Below the pieces are notes generated by a model. The model did no database searches, was not told where the DNA came from, and saw nothing but the letters and a program-made list of their open reading frames with translations. A stretch of 64,000 nucleotides of DNA, taken from Gammaproteobacteria bacterium. GTDB taxonomy: Bacteria; Pseudomonadota; Gammaproteobacteria; Steroidobacterales; Steroidobacteraceae. The position numbers and the translations under genes are program-made. Below, in pieces: positions 29,469 to 39,402 of this stretch (position 1 is its first letter; the number at the start of each line of letters is the position of its first letter). The DNA is taken from positions 23,340 to 87,339 of the forward strand of contig JANMYM010000036.1 of NCBI GenBank assembly GCA_031382085.1, in the 5' to 3' direction.

Positions 29469-30751
29469 ACGGCCGCCTCGAAACGCAGTGGCTCGACCTT
29501 GCGGATGAACAGCGAGATCATCATCGCCTGGCCTATGCATAACAAAGAGGCCAGAATAAAGGCGATTTCATAGCCCTGGCGGTCGATCAGCGAGCCGATG
29601 CCGAGTTGAAACAAAGCCGCGCCAAAAGACCCTGCAGCGCCGGACATGCCCCAGACCGTCGCGACATCGCGCGCCGGGAAAATATCCGTAGCCAATGGAA
29701 ACAGCGACGCCGTCTTGACCTGGATGAAAAACACCGCCAGCGACGCTAACAAAACGGCCAACCACGCAGAATCGACGATCGCCACGGGCCACGCCACCAG
29801 CGAGCCTATGCAGCCGATCCAGATCAGGGTCTTGCGCGAACGATCCACCGACCAGCCGCTCTTGATGAGTCTCTGGCCGGCCCAACCACCACCCAGCGCC
29901 CCAAAGTCGGCAAATACAAAAGGTATGGCCGCGATAAAGGCGGTCTTCAGTATCGACATGCCGCGTTCAGTCTGCAGGTACAGCGGCAGCCAGATCGCAA
30001 AGAAGTAGAAGCAACCATCGCCAATGAAGCGCGCCAGCACCAGGCCCCAGGTCTCGCGGAATCTGAGGTAATACCTCCACAGCCTGACTCGTTGCGCAAA
30101 TCCTAACGGCGTCGCACTGGCTGCGATGCGATCGGACATGGCGAGCGCTCGCTCTTCATCCGAAACCGTCGGGTGTTCTTCGGGCAGGAAGTAATTGCGA
30201 TTCCAGAACCACACCCAGATCAGTCCGGCCACGCCGGGCACGATGAACGCCGCCTGCCAGCCAAATTGGTAGGCCAGCGTGCCGGCGACCGGCGGCGCCA
30301 GAATGAGTCCCAGGCTGGTACCCGCGGTGACAAGTCCGGTCGCCATGCTGCGCTCGGCGCGCGGGAACCACTCCGCGATCGCTTTCATCGCGGCGGGCAG
30401 ATTTGCGCCCTCGGTAATCCCCAGGAACGCGCGCGCCAGGAAGAACCCGCCAAAGCTGGCCGCGAACACGTGCGTGACCGCCGCAATGCTCCACCAGATC
30501 ACCGCCAGCGACAGCGAGCGCCGCGTGCCGAGCTTGTCGACGAACACGCCGGCTAACAATTGTCCGATCGCGTAGGCAAACAGAAAGGCGAATCCCAGAG
30601 CGCCATATTGGGTCTTGGTCAGACCAAACTGATCCATCAGTACCTTCGCGGTCACCGACAAGGCCTGCCGGTCGATGCTGCCAACCGCGGTGACTAACAA
30701 CAACAGGATGCCGATCCACCAGCGTTTCTGGGACCACCAGGACTGCTTCAC
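29465..30751 (-). CDS. MFS transporter (anion:cation symporter/hexuronate-type)
   Basis: GSIDRQALSVTAKVLMDQFGLTKTQYGALGFAFLFAYAIGQLLAGVFVDKLGTRR. GTG 30751 overlaps the regulator stop (GTGA). Confidence 0.75.
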   Translation of the reverse strand: MKQSWWSQKRWWIGILLLLVTAVGSIDRQALSVTAKVLMDQFGLTKTQYGALGFAFLFAYAIGQLLAGVFVDKLGTRRSLSLAVIWWSIAAVTHVFAASFGGFFLARAFLGITEGANLPAAMKAIAEWFPRAERSMATGLVTAGTSLGLILAPPVAGTLAYQFGWQAAFIVPGVAGLIWVWFWNRNYFLPEEHPTVSDEERALAMSDRIAASATPLGFAQRVRLWRYYLRFRETWGLVLARFIGDGCFYFFAIWLPLYLQTERGMSILKTAFIAAIPFVFADFGALGGGWAGQRLIKSGWSVDRSRKTLIWIGCIGSLVAWPVAIVDSAWLAVLLASLAVFFIQVKTASLFPLATDIFPARDVATVWGMSGAAGSFGAALFQLGIGSLIDRQGYEIAFILASLLCIGQAMMISLFIRKVEPLRFEAAV

Positions 30752-31530
30752 TTGGGCCGCCGGGCTGCGCGCAGGCGCATCTGGTATTGATAGGCATCGG
30801 CACGGTACAGGGCGACCACACGCTCGACTGGTTTGCCGCGCACATCGCGGACCACGCGCGTCAGTCGCAACAACGGCGCGCCAACATCGATACCCAGCGC
30901 ACCGGCAGCTTCCACACCGGCCAGAGTCGCGCCAATCCATTGCTCTGCCGAGTCCACCTGCACGCCGGCACGGCCTAGCAACTCGAACATAGGCTGACGT
31001 GTCATGTCGCGACGGCCAATGCGGCTGGCGATGTCGAGCGGCACATAGGTGGTAATGAGACCCAGCGGCGCGCCGCGATGCACACGCACGTGGCTGGCGC
31101 GCTGGACTCGCTCGCCCGCCGCCAGCTCCAGCGTTGCCTGGGTTTCTTCATCCGGCAAGACCTCGGCGACCTCCAGGTCACGGACCTGGGTCGAAGCCGC
31201 GATGTCGGCGACCCGATGGCGCGCCTCGCTCAGGTCAAGCGTGGCGGCCGGTTCCGCAGCACCCAGACTGACAAACGTGCCCTTTCCCTGGTGCCTGACC
31301 AGCCAGCTTTCGCTGACAAGCTCGGAAATGGCCTTGCGGATAGTGATCCGCGAAACACCGAACAATTTGCACAATTCCGGCTCGGTCGGTATCTGCGAGC
31401 CCGGCGCGTAACTGCCGTCGCGCACCCAGCTGCGCAGCCGGACGTAAACCTGGTGGTAACGCGGTGCCTGAATTTTGGATGCCGCCGCGATTCGTTCGGT
31501 CGCCGGCGGCGCCACGCGACGCGCTCTCAA
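30748..31530 (-). CDS. GntR family transcriptional regulator (HutC subfamily, UTRA domain)
   Basis: IPTEPELCKLFGVSRITIRKAISELVSESWLVRHQGKGTFV. Confidence 0.8.
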   Translation of the reverse strand: MRARRVAPPATERIAAASKIQAPRYHQVYVRLRSWVRDGSYAPGSQIPTEPELCKLFGVSRITIRKAISELVSESWLVRHQGKGTFVSLGAAEPAATLDLSEARHRVADIAASTQVRDLEVAEVLPDEETQATLELAAGERVQRASHVRVHRGAPLGLITTYVPLDIASRIGRRDMTRQPMFELLGRAGVQVDSAEQWIGATLAGVEAAGALGIDVGAPLLRLTRVVRDVRGKPVERVVALYRADAYQYQMRLRAARRPK

Positions 31531-32246
31531 TCGAGCACCACGCCACCGGAAACGTTCATCACCGTGCCGGTCACATACTGTGCATCGTGGCTAACAAGGT
31601 AACCCACGGCAGCAGCGACCTCTTCCGCCCTGCCCAGGCGTTTCAGCAGCACGTTGTCCGTGATCGTCTGCAGCTGTTGCGCCGTGAACTTGCCGGTGAC
31701 CATCGGCGTTGCGATCGGACCCGGCGCGAGCGCATTCACCCGCACGCCCTGCGGCGCCCACTCCCGGGCGAGATAGCGCATCAGGTTGATGATGCCCGCC
31801 TTGGCAACGGCGTACGCGGGACCCGAGAGCGCATTGCCACCATTGATCGCATTGGTGGAGGCAGTCAGGGTCAGCGTGCCACGCGCTGTCGCCAGCGGCG
31901 CAGCCACCGCCTTGGCCAACAGGAATGCCGAGGTGAGATTGACCGCCAGCAGCCGGTCCCAGGCGCTGCGGCTCACGGCGGTCAGCGGTCCATCGCCCGT
32001 CTGACCCGCGAGATGCACAACGTGATCAAGTTGGCCAAATTCGCGCAGCACACGGTCCACCGTACGCGCGACCGCGGCCTCATCGACCACGTCCAGCGTG
32101 CAACTGAGGAAGCCGGGATCGGTGCACGGCAGCTCCGCGAGCCGCAGATCCGCAGCCGCAACGCGCATGCCCCGCGCCCGCAGCATGCTGACCGTGGCCT
32201 TGCCGATGCCGCCGGCGGCACCGGTGACGAGTACAACTTCGGCCAT
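31527..32246 (-). CDS. SDR family oxidoreductase
   Basis: Has VLVTGAAGGIGKA and the YAVAKAG catalytic motif. Confidence 0.85.
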   Translation of the reverse strand: MAEVVLVTGAAGGIGKATVSMLRARGMRVAAADLRLAELPCTDPGFLSCTLDVVDEAAVARTVDRVLREFGQLDHVVHLAGQTGDGPLTAVSRSAWDRLLAVNLTSAFLLAKAVAAPLATARGTLTLTASTNAINGGNALSGPAYAVAKAGIINLMRYLAREWAPQGVRVNALAPGPIATPMVTGKFTAQQLQTITDNVLLKRLGRAEEVAAAVGYLVSHDAQYVTGTVMNVSGGVVLD

Positions 32247-32959
32247 CAGGCGGCGTTCTTCTGCACCACGCGGTGGTAGATGCCATCCAGCATCGAGTAG
32301 CGCAATTCGGCGGAACCTTGCACCGCCGCGAGCGCGCGGGCCTGCATTTCAGCCGAGACTGCATATCGATCGGTCAGCTCCAGGCCGACATGCGCATGCT
32401 CGCTGTCGCCTTCGATGTGCACATGGAAAAATTCCATGTCATCTTCCGAAAAACCCATCTTGCGCATCGCTTCGACATATTTCGGATACAAGGTCGGCAA
32501 CTGGCCTTCCAACGCCACCATGATCCCGGCGCAGCTCTCGGCGATATGACGGATGCCCGCCAGCTCCCAGATCCAGGCACGCATGGCGCGCGTGGTCGGC
32601 AGCACCTCGCCATTCTGCTCGGCGCGGATGATGCGATCATCGGACACGCCGCAGGCGCGCGCAAATTTCCGCAGCAGGTCGGGATGACGCTTCTCGGGCA
32701 TCTGCGGCATTTCCTCGCCTAACAGATTTTCCATCAGATGCTGGCGTGCGTCGAGATCCGGCAGCCGTGAATAAAGCAGCGCGAATTGCTGTGGTATCGG
32801 ATCGATATAATAAAAGTGCTGTACCGCCCAGTCGCCGAGTTGGGCGCGACTCAGTTCACCGGCCGCCCAGGCGCGACTGAACGGATGGCCGCCACCATGT
32901 TTGGGCGCGCGCGCCGCTTCCAGTGCGGTATGAAACTCTCTTGACGGCAACAACTTCAT
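32246..32959 (-). CDS. PqqC/TenA-like (heme-oxygenase-fold, iron-containing redox enzyme family) protein
   Basis: A 237-aa all-helical protein. HPFSRAWAAGELSRAQLGDWAVQHFYY and HVHIEGDSEHAHVG resemble PqqC-like proteins. Confidence 0.6.
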   Translation of the reverse strand: MKLLPSREFHTALEAARAPKHGGGHPFSRAWAAGELSRAQLGDWAVQHFYYIDPIPQQFALLYSRLPDLDARQHLMENLLGEEMPQMPEKRHPDLLRKFARACGVSDDRIIRAEQNGEVLPTTRAMRAWIWELAGIRHIAESCAGIMVALEGQLPTLYPKYVEAMRKMGFSEDDMEFFHVHIEGDSEHAHVGLELTDRYAVSAEMQARALAAVQGSAELRYSMLDGIYHRVVQKNAA

Positions 32960-33046
32960 GGCTATCTCCTTGCAGGCAATGTGGCCTCGTTAAGGCCAGC
33001 GGAAGTTTGGTATGGCACAGGGGGCAACAGGCAGACGACGCGATTT

Positions 33047-34468
33047 TCATGCCTTGGGCCATGACTCGCCCCTCGCAGTCGCTAACAATTCATGTGCGCG
33101 CTGAATGCTGTCGGGCGGAACCGTGGCCACCGGCGGCACCGCGCGCGGCGCACCGGGGCGCGGTGCCGGTGGCAGGGTCGCATCGATGCCCATCTTTGAA
33201 GCGGTGTTAGCTCCCTCGGACAGCGACGGATCCAGATTGGAGCCCGACAGGCCGTCGATGATCATGCTGTCCCGGGACCATTGCACGCGGGTGGCAATCG
33301 CCCACAGCACGGACTGCGGCGCGAAAATGTCCACATCTTCATCGACCGCAACCACGGTCTTGACGCGCCGATAGGCCAGGGCTGCAACCAGCGCGTCCCG
33401 CGCCTCACCGCGGGCTGGATTCTGAAACTGCAGATAGGCATGGAACCGGCGGCCCTCGGTCGGCACATGCACGTTGATCAACGAGGGCGCCACGGCCTTC
33501 ACCATCTGGTAGAGCTTGCCTTCCATCGCCATGTTGTCCGGCACCAGCATGTCGGTGAGACCGGAGCCGTAGTCGTGGTAAATCGCGTCGCGCCGCAGCG
33601 TGATACAGCCGACCTCGAACAACGGCGCCTGCACCTGCGGGCCGAGGTAACCGGTGTACTCGCCGAAGGGACCATCAGCATGAAAACTGTCGACCGGTGC
33701 AAAGCCTTCGATGACGATCTCGGCATCGGCCGGCACCATGATCTTGCCGCCATGCAGGCGTGAGGGAGTAAGCCGCAGCGGCTCGCCTAACACGCCGCCC
33801 GTGGCGCGCCAGTGACTTTCCGGGTACTTCAGTTTTGACTGGCTACCTAACAGGACCGCCGGATGATGGCCGATCCAGAACGCTACCGGACAGGGTTCGC
33901 CGCGCGCCCAGAACTTGCGCAGGTTGCGCATGTTGTGCGTGGTGGGATACGGAAACCAGGTCATGCGCCGCTCGCCTAACACCCAGCAGCGCTGGATGGC
34001 GGTGTTATCGACGCCGGTATCCGGGTCATAAGTGCTCGCGTGCGCAGCCGTCAGGTACGGCCCGGGCTCCAGCTGGTGCTGGGTCAGCACTGGTAGTCTC
34101 TGCAGGCTCGCCTGCTCACCCTCCCAGACGATCTGCTGCACGGGAGCGTCAGCCGCTTTCACGACCAGCGGATCGATACCGCTCGCCGAGCGATTGGCAA
34201 ACCAGGACGCGGTTTGGCGATGATCAGGGATCCCGAGCGCGGCGGCAGTCAGCGCGCGGCTGGCCGTCAGATTCGTCACGATCGCGATGCCGAGCGGGCT
34301 GCCATCGGCTGGCTGGGGCCGCTTGGCCAGGATAATAGGAAAGCGTCCCGCGTTGTCGAGTTCATGCTGCAAAGCAGTCAGGGTGTGGCGCAGCCCGATG
34401 GGCTGGTCAATCTCCCAAACGGCGGCGCGATGATCGGCCAGAAAACTGCGCAAGTCCCGAATCGGCAT
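33047..34468 (-). CDS. UbiD family (prFMN-dependent) decarboxylase
   Basis: Trimmed to MPIRDLRSFLADH. Contains GPFGEYTGYLG and a UbiD-like length. Confidence 0.85.
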   Translation of the reverse strand: MPIRDLRSFLADHRAAVWEIDQPIGLRHTLTALQHELDNAGRFPIILAKRPQPADGSPLGIAIVTNLTASRALTAAALGIPDHRQTASWFANRSASGIDPLVVKAADAPVQQIVWEGEQASLQRLPVLTQHQLEPGPYLTAAHASTYDPDTGVDNTAIQRCWVLGERRMTWFPYPTTHNMRNLRKFWARGEPCPVAFWIGHHPAVLLGSQSKLKYPESHWRATGGVLGEPLRLTPSRLHGGKIMVPADAEIVIEGFAPVDSFHADGPFGEYTGYLGPQVQAPLFEVGCITLRRDAIYHDYGSGLTDMLVPDNMAMEGKLYQMVKAVAPSLINVHVPTEGRRFHAYLQFQNPARGEARDALVAALAYRRVKTVVAVDEDVDIFAPQSVLWAIATRVQWSRDSMIIDGLSGSNLDPSLSEGANTASKMGIDATLPPAPRPGAPRAVPPVATVPPDSIQRAHELLATARGESWPKA

Positions 34469-34559
34469 GTCGTTATGTTCGCATGATGACTGGTTCGACA
34501 CAAATACCAGGGTTGTAAGCTTGACACCAGCGGCTACAGTCACCGATTCTAGGCCCACT

Positions 34560-35678
34560 ATGGTACGCAGCGTTCAACACCCACTTCTGGCCGAGGTGAC
34601 GCACGATGAGGCCTCGCGGCAGCAGTTCAATGTCGCATTCAAGCAGTCGCTGACCCGCAACCTGCGCTCCTCCCAACAACGACTCTTTAACGAAGTCGTT
34701 GCGCCGGAAGTCGAACATCGCACCGGCTACCGCCCCGAGACCCGTAGCGAAATTCACGAGGCGATGATCCGGCACCCGGCCTGGCGCAGCTGGTCGTCGC
34801 TGGCGCGCAGTGCGCAGGAGCAGATGTGGCAGGCCGTGGGCGAAAGCATCTTCCGCGAGCGCAAACGCCTGGCTGAGACCGCCGCTGCGCTGACCGCCAA
34901 ACCCCGGTGCGGCGGCACGCTCGAACTCGATCCCGATCTAACACCGCCGCGCGGCATGGCAGCCGTCGATGTCCACCTGCAGACCGGTGGCTACCTGATG
35001 GACCTCGGCGGTGGCGACGTTTGCGCCGGCGCGATGTACGAAATGGGTGGCAACATCTATGCCTTCGGCAATGGCATCAGCCGCACCGACAGCAAGGCCG
35101 GGCAGGTCCAAGCCTACATTCACGAGCGCTTCCCGCAGCTCAAGCCGCGCCGCATCCTCGACATGGGCTGCAGCGCAGGTTCCGCCAGTGTGCCGTATGC
35201 GCTGGCTTTCCCGGACGCCGAAGTTCATGCGATCGATGTCGGCTCAGGCATGCTGCGCTACGCCCATGCCCGCGCTGAAGCCCTCGGCGCAGCGGTGCAT
35301 TTTCACCAGATGGATTGCGCCGCCATGCGCTTTCCGGACGGTCATTTCGACCTGATTGTCTCGCACAACCTGATGCATGAAAGCTCCGACGCCACGCGCC
35401 GCGGGATGTTGCGCGAATCATGGCGCCTGTTAGCTCCGGGCGGCGTCATGGTGCACCAGGATGTGCCGCTGCGCTTTGCCGATCTGAACCCGGTCCAGCA
35501 ATTCGATTTCTCGTGGGACACGCTCAACAACAATGAGCCGTACTGGGAGGTCTATGCCACTGCGGATCTTGCGGACGATATGGCAGGCGCCGGCATCCCT
35601 GTCGATCACACTCACGTCGGCAGCCTGCCCAGGAAGGAAGGCTCCCTGCCCTGGTTTGTCGCGACCGCCTGGAAATAA
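34560..35678 (+). CDS. class I SAM-dependent methyltransferase
   Basis: ILDMGCSAGSAS...DLIVSHNLMHE. Trimmed to ATG 34560. Confidence 0.7.
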   Translation: MVRSVQHPLLAEVTHDEASRQQFNVAFKQSLTRNLRSSQQRLFNEVVAPEVEHRTGYRPETRSEIHEAMIRHPAWRSWSSLARSAQEQMWQAVGESIFRERKRLAETAAALTAKPRCGGTLELDPDLTPPRGMAAVDVHLQTGGYLMDLGGGDVCAGAMYEMGGNIYAFGNGISRTDSKAGQVQAYIHERFPQLKPRRILDMGCSAGSASVPYALAFPDAEVHAIDVGSGMLRYAHARAEALGAAVHFHQMDCAAMRFPDGHFDLIVSHNLMHESSDATRRGMLRESWRLLAPGGVMVHQDVPLRFADLNPVQQFDFSWDTLNNNEPYWEVYATADLADDMAGAGIPVDHTHVGSLPRKEGSLPWFVATAWK

Positions 35679-35692
35679 CCGGAACCCATTGC

Positions 35693-37204
35693 ATGGACGC
35701 TGTTACCCAGAGCCGCGGCTTCGCGGTCAATCCGCATGTCACCAGCATTATCGACGGAAAAGCCGTAGCCCCTAAATCGGGTGGCGAAGACTTTGTAGTA
35801 CTCAATCCGACCACGGAAGAACCACTAACAAAGCTTCGTGAAGCCGACGCCTCAGAGGTCGATGCCGCGGTGCTGTCGGCGCGCCGCGCGTTCGATCAGG
35901 GCCCCTGGCCGCGCATGGACATCAACGATCGCAAGGACATTCTCTATTCGATTCGCGATCACCTGCGCAAGAACGCCGACGAACTCATGTATCTCGAGTC
36001 CTTGAATGTCGGCCTGCCAACCGCCAGCGTGCACATGCAGGTCTCGCGCATGGCGCGGAACTTCGAGTTTTTCGCCGAAGTCGCCAGTACGGTTCATGGC
36101 GAAACCTACACGCAGACCAAGGGTTACCTTACCTACGTCACCCGCGAGCCAAAAGGCGTGGCTGGATGCATCGCGCCCTGGAACGCGCCGCTGGCCCTCG
36201 CCTCCATGCGCGTCGCCACCTGCATCCCCTGGGGCAATACCTGCGTCCTTAAACCGTCCGAATACACGCCGCTGTCGATGCGTCGCATGGTCGAGATTTT
36301 CCATGAAGCGGGACTGCCGCCGGGCGTGGTCAACCTGGTCAATGGGCGCGGCGCTGTCACCGGCAATGCACTTGTCAGCCACCCGGGCATTGACATGATT
36401 GGTTTCACCGGCGGTACGGTCACCGGCCGCGCGATCGCGGCAACGGCCGGACGCAATCTCAAGCCCATTGCACTCGAGCTCGGCGGCAAGTCGGCCAACA
36501 TCATCCTCGAAACGGCAAACCTGGATCGCGCGCTCGATGGTGCGCTGGCGAGCATTTTCGGCAATAACGGACAACAATGCCTCGCCGGCTCGCGCATCCT
36601 GGTCCAGCGCAGCATGGCGGGCCAGTTCATCGAAAAATTTGTCGAACGAGCGCGCAAGATCCGGATTGGTGATCCCCTTGATCCCAGCACCGAAGTCGGA
36701 CCGCTGGCGTTCAAGGCGCACCTGGATCGCGTGTTGTCGTATGTCGATGTCGCCAAAGCCGACGGCGGCAAGCTGCTGACGGGCGGGCGCCGTGCACCTG
36801 GCTTTGCACGCGGCTTTTTCATGGAACCAACGGCGGTACTGGCTTCCAACAACAATGCGCGGGTTTGCCAGGAGGAGATTTTCGGACCATTCGCGACCTT
36901 CCTCGAATTCGACACGCTGGACGAGGCGATTGCGATCGCGAATCGCTCCAATTTCGGTCTCGTTAGCTATGTATGGTCCGACGACCTGACAACGGCGATG
37001 CGCTGCTCGCGCGAAATCCGCGCCGGCACTGTGTGGATCAACACGCCGCTGATGCGCGAATTGCGCGCGCCGTTCGGCGGCTACAAGGAATCCGGTATCG
37101 GGCGCGACGGCCCCTACTCCAGCCTCGACTTCTTTACCGAACTCAAGGCGACGATCATTCCGATCGATCTCGCACCGTTGCCCCGGTTCGGAGTGCCCAA
37201 GTAG
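35693..37204 (+). CDS. NAD(P)-dependent aldehyde dehydrogenase
   Basis: Contains LELGGKSANII, GQQCLAGSR and EEIFGPF. Confidence 0.9.
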   Translation: MDAVTQSRGFAVNPHVTSIIDGKAVAPKSGGEDFVVLNPTTEEPLTKLREADASEVDAAVLSARRAFDQGPWPRMDINDRKDILYSIRDHLRKNADELMYLESLNVGLPTASVHMQVSRMARNFEFFAEVASTVHGETYTQTKGYLTYVTREPKGVAGCIAPWNAPLALASMRVATCIPWGNTCVLKPSEYTPLSMRRMVEIFHEAGLPPGVVNLVNGRGAVTGNALVSHPGIDMIGFTGGTVTGRAIAATAGRNLKPIALELGGKSANIILETANLDRALDGALASIFGNNGQQCLAGSRILVQRSMAGQFIEKFVERARKIRIGDPLDPSTEVGPLAFKAHLDRVLSYVDVAKADGGKLLTGGRRAPGFARGFFMEPTAVLASNNNARVCQEEIFGPFATFLEFDTLDEAIAIANRSNFGLVSYVWSDDLTTAMRCSREIRAGTVWINTPLMRELRAPFGGYKESGIGRDGPYSSLDFFTELKATIIPIDLAPLPRFGVPK

Positions 37205-37214
37205 TTCGGAGTTT

Positions 37215-37765
37215 CTAAGCGGCCCGGCGCTTCCTGACCGCTCCCTTGATTCCGGGGAAACGGTTCGACAATCCGATCGAACCGCCCTTCATATTCTGGA
37301 TGAAATTGACCATGACGCCGTTAGGGTCGCGCAGGGTCATTTCGCGTGACTCGACACCGTGCTGAGCTAACGCCAGGGTCGTTGGCGCACACAGGACCTT
37401 CAGCCTGAGGCGCCGCGCTCCCCGGTGCACTTTGTCGATGTCGGGGGTGTGGAACACAAGGCAGGCCTCGCCTGCGTTGGCGCGCGCCGGCCGCGACAAG
37501 CGGCTGCTTCCCTGCCGGGTCCTGGATAACTCGAACAGCCCCACCATGCCCCAGGCGACATCCTCGGACTGCAGGATCACCCAGCGCAGCCGTCCGGGCC
37601 GCACGCCCAGCAGCTTGAAAATCGCAGGCAATTCGCCGCCCGCCTGGCCTTGCACCCAGATATTCATGCCAAGAACACCCTTATAGAAATCCAGCGAACG
37701 CCTGAGGTTGCGCACAAAGATCGCGGTACGTTTAAGGGGCGTAGCAACAGGTGCTGGATTTTTCA
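37215..37765 (-). CDS. VOC (glyoxalase/bleomycin-resistance/dioxygenase) family protein
   Basis: Trimmed to MKNPAPVATPLKRTAIFVRNLRRSLDFYKGVLGM. Confidence 0.6.
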
Positions 37766-37871
37766 TGAACCGGCCTCTTGATTGAAAAATTACTGCAAGT
37801 GCGGGCGACTTCCGCAATTTCGGGCTGACGATGTTTTTCGCCGACGTCGAAGTGCTGCGACCTAACAAATA

Positions 37872-38744
37872 TTAGCCCAGTGGCAATTCGCCACTCGACA
37901 GGAATTCCAGCAACATGGCAATCTTGTCAGCCTGACCACGCGCGCTGGCGCTGTCGTTGACGATCGCCGAACGGCAGCCCGGCAGTAACCGTGACGCCTC
38001 GCTGACACCGACCCGCAACGGATCGGTGTCGTCAGCCATGATCAGCGTCGGTATCCGCACCAGCGGCAGTCGCTCGCGATCGGCGTGGGCAAAGGCCGCA
38101 CGGTATGCGAGGTGATAGGTCCGGATCGATTTCAGGACTTCTACGGTCACGTCATGCAGCGCCTGGGTGGACGGCGGGTCGATGCCACGCAAGTGCGCCG
38201 TGTCACGCCTGAAATATGGGAAAAACCAGCCCTGATCGCGGACGAAATGCCAGGCCCAGTGCAGCTGGCTGCCGAAAAAATCCGGTTCCACGGCTGGCGC
38301 ATAGTTCGCGAGCATGTCCGCTTTTTCGTCGGGCGTGAACATGCCAATACCATCCAGCACCATCCGTCCGAACCGGTGCGGCTGCTGTAGCGCCATTTCC
38401 ATGACGATATGCGCGCCGGTATGGCTGCCATAGAGGTCCGCATGTGATATGCCCATCGCGTCCATGACCCGTAGTGACGACTCGGCGTACCAGGCGATAT
38501 CCGGCGCCGGCACCGATGGCGGCGCGGAATCACCGTTGCCTAACGTGTCGGGTGCGACGCAACTGCGATGATCGCCAAGCGCCCGCATCAGCGGCACCAG
38601 GTTGAGCGAGGATGCGGGGGACGCATGCACCATCCAGATGATCCGGCCGTCCTGACGCGGACCCGTGCGCCGGTAATGCGCCTGGCCGTCCCGAATGGCA
38701 ACGAAGCCGCGTTCAATTTGTACCATAGCCCTGTCCTGCCGCAT
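37872..38744 (-). CDS. alpha/beta hydrolase fold protein
   Basis: IIWMVHASPASS...DTLGNGDS...DLYGSHTGAHIVMEMA. It is related to the N-domain of 19888..21612. Confidence 0.65.
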   Translation of the reverse strand: MRQDRAMVQIERGFVAIRDGQAHYRRTGPRQDGRIIWMVHASPASSLNLVPLMRALGDHRSCVAPDTLGNGDSAPPSVPAPDIAWYAESSLRVMDAMGISHADLYGSHTGAHIVMEMALQQPHRFGRMVLDGIGMFTPDEKADMLANYAPAVEPDFFGSQLHWAWHFVRDQGWFFPYFRRDTAHLRGIDPPSTQALHDVTVEVLKSIRTYHLAYRAAFAHADRERLPLVRIPTLIMADDTDPLRVGVSEASRLLPGCRSAIVNDSASARGQADKIAMLLEFLSSGELPLG

Positions 38745-38781
38745 GATCCGCGGCCGACACTTTAGCGCAGGAGCCAGGCCC

Positions 38782-39402
38782 GTGATTGAACTGCATACCG
38801 TACCAACCGCAAACGGCTACAAGGTCTCGATCATGTTGGAGGAACTGCACTCTCCTTACGAGGTCGTGCCGTACAACCTGCAGAAGGGTGAGCACCTCGC
38901 GCCGGGCTACCTGAGCCGCAATCCGGTCGGCCGCCTGCCAATGATTGTCGACAAGGACCCGGCACAGCTCGAACCCCTGAGCCTCTACGGGACGATGGCG
39001 ATTCTGGTCTACCTCGCGGAAAAGTCGCAGCGTTTTCTGCCTGCGACACAACCGGGCCGGGCGCGCGCATTCGAATGGCTGGGCATCGTCTCCAGCGACA
39101 TCGCCCCCGCATTCACCGGGCAGTTCGTGTTCAACACGCTGATGCCCGAGAAAATTCCGGCCGCCATCGCATTCTACGACAAGCTCGTGACCCGACTGTT
39201 AGGTCCGATGGACCTGGCGCTGGGCCGCACGGAATATCTGGCCGGGCCGGAATACACGATCGCCGACATCATCGCGTTTCCGGTGGCGGCGATCTCCATG
39301 CAGCGCTTCCCGGGGAACTTCGAGCGGCACCCGAACATCGGCCGCTGGGCGGCGCTGGTTGGCGCGCGGCCCGCCGTACAGGCCGGAATGCGCGTGCCCT
39401 AG
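38782..39402 (+). CDS. glutathione S-transferase
   Basis: GTG 38782 follows AGGAG. IELHTVPTANGYKVSIMLEEL...NPVGRLPMIVD. Confidence 0.8.
   Translation: MIELHTVPTANGYKVSIMLEELHSPYEVVPYNLQKGEHLAPGYLSRNPVGRLPMIVDKDPAQLEPLSLYGTMAILVYLAEKSQRFLPATQPGRARAFEWLGIVSSDIAPAFTGQFVFNTLMPEKIPAAIAFYDKLVTRLLGPMDLALGRTEYLAGPEYTIADIIAFPVAAISMQRFPGNFERHPNIGRWAALVGARPAVQAGMRVP

Noticed and set aside
32982-32998. Perfect 6-bp hairpin TGGCCTcgttaAGGCCA between UbiD and the PqqC-like gene.
   Set aside because: It is short and has no U-tract, so it may be a minor intercistronic structure. There is not enough evidence to call it a terminator or attenuator.
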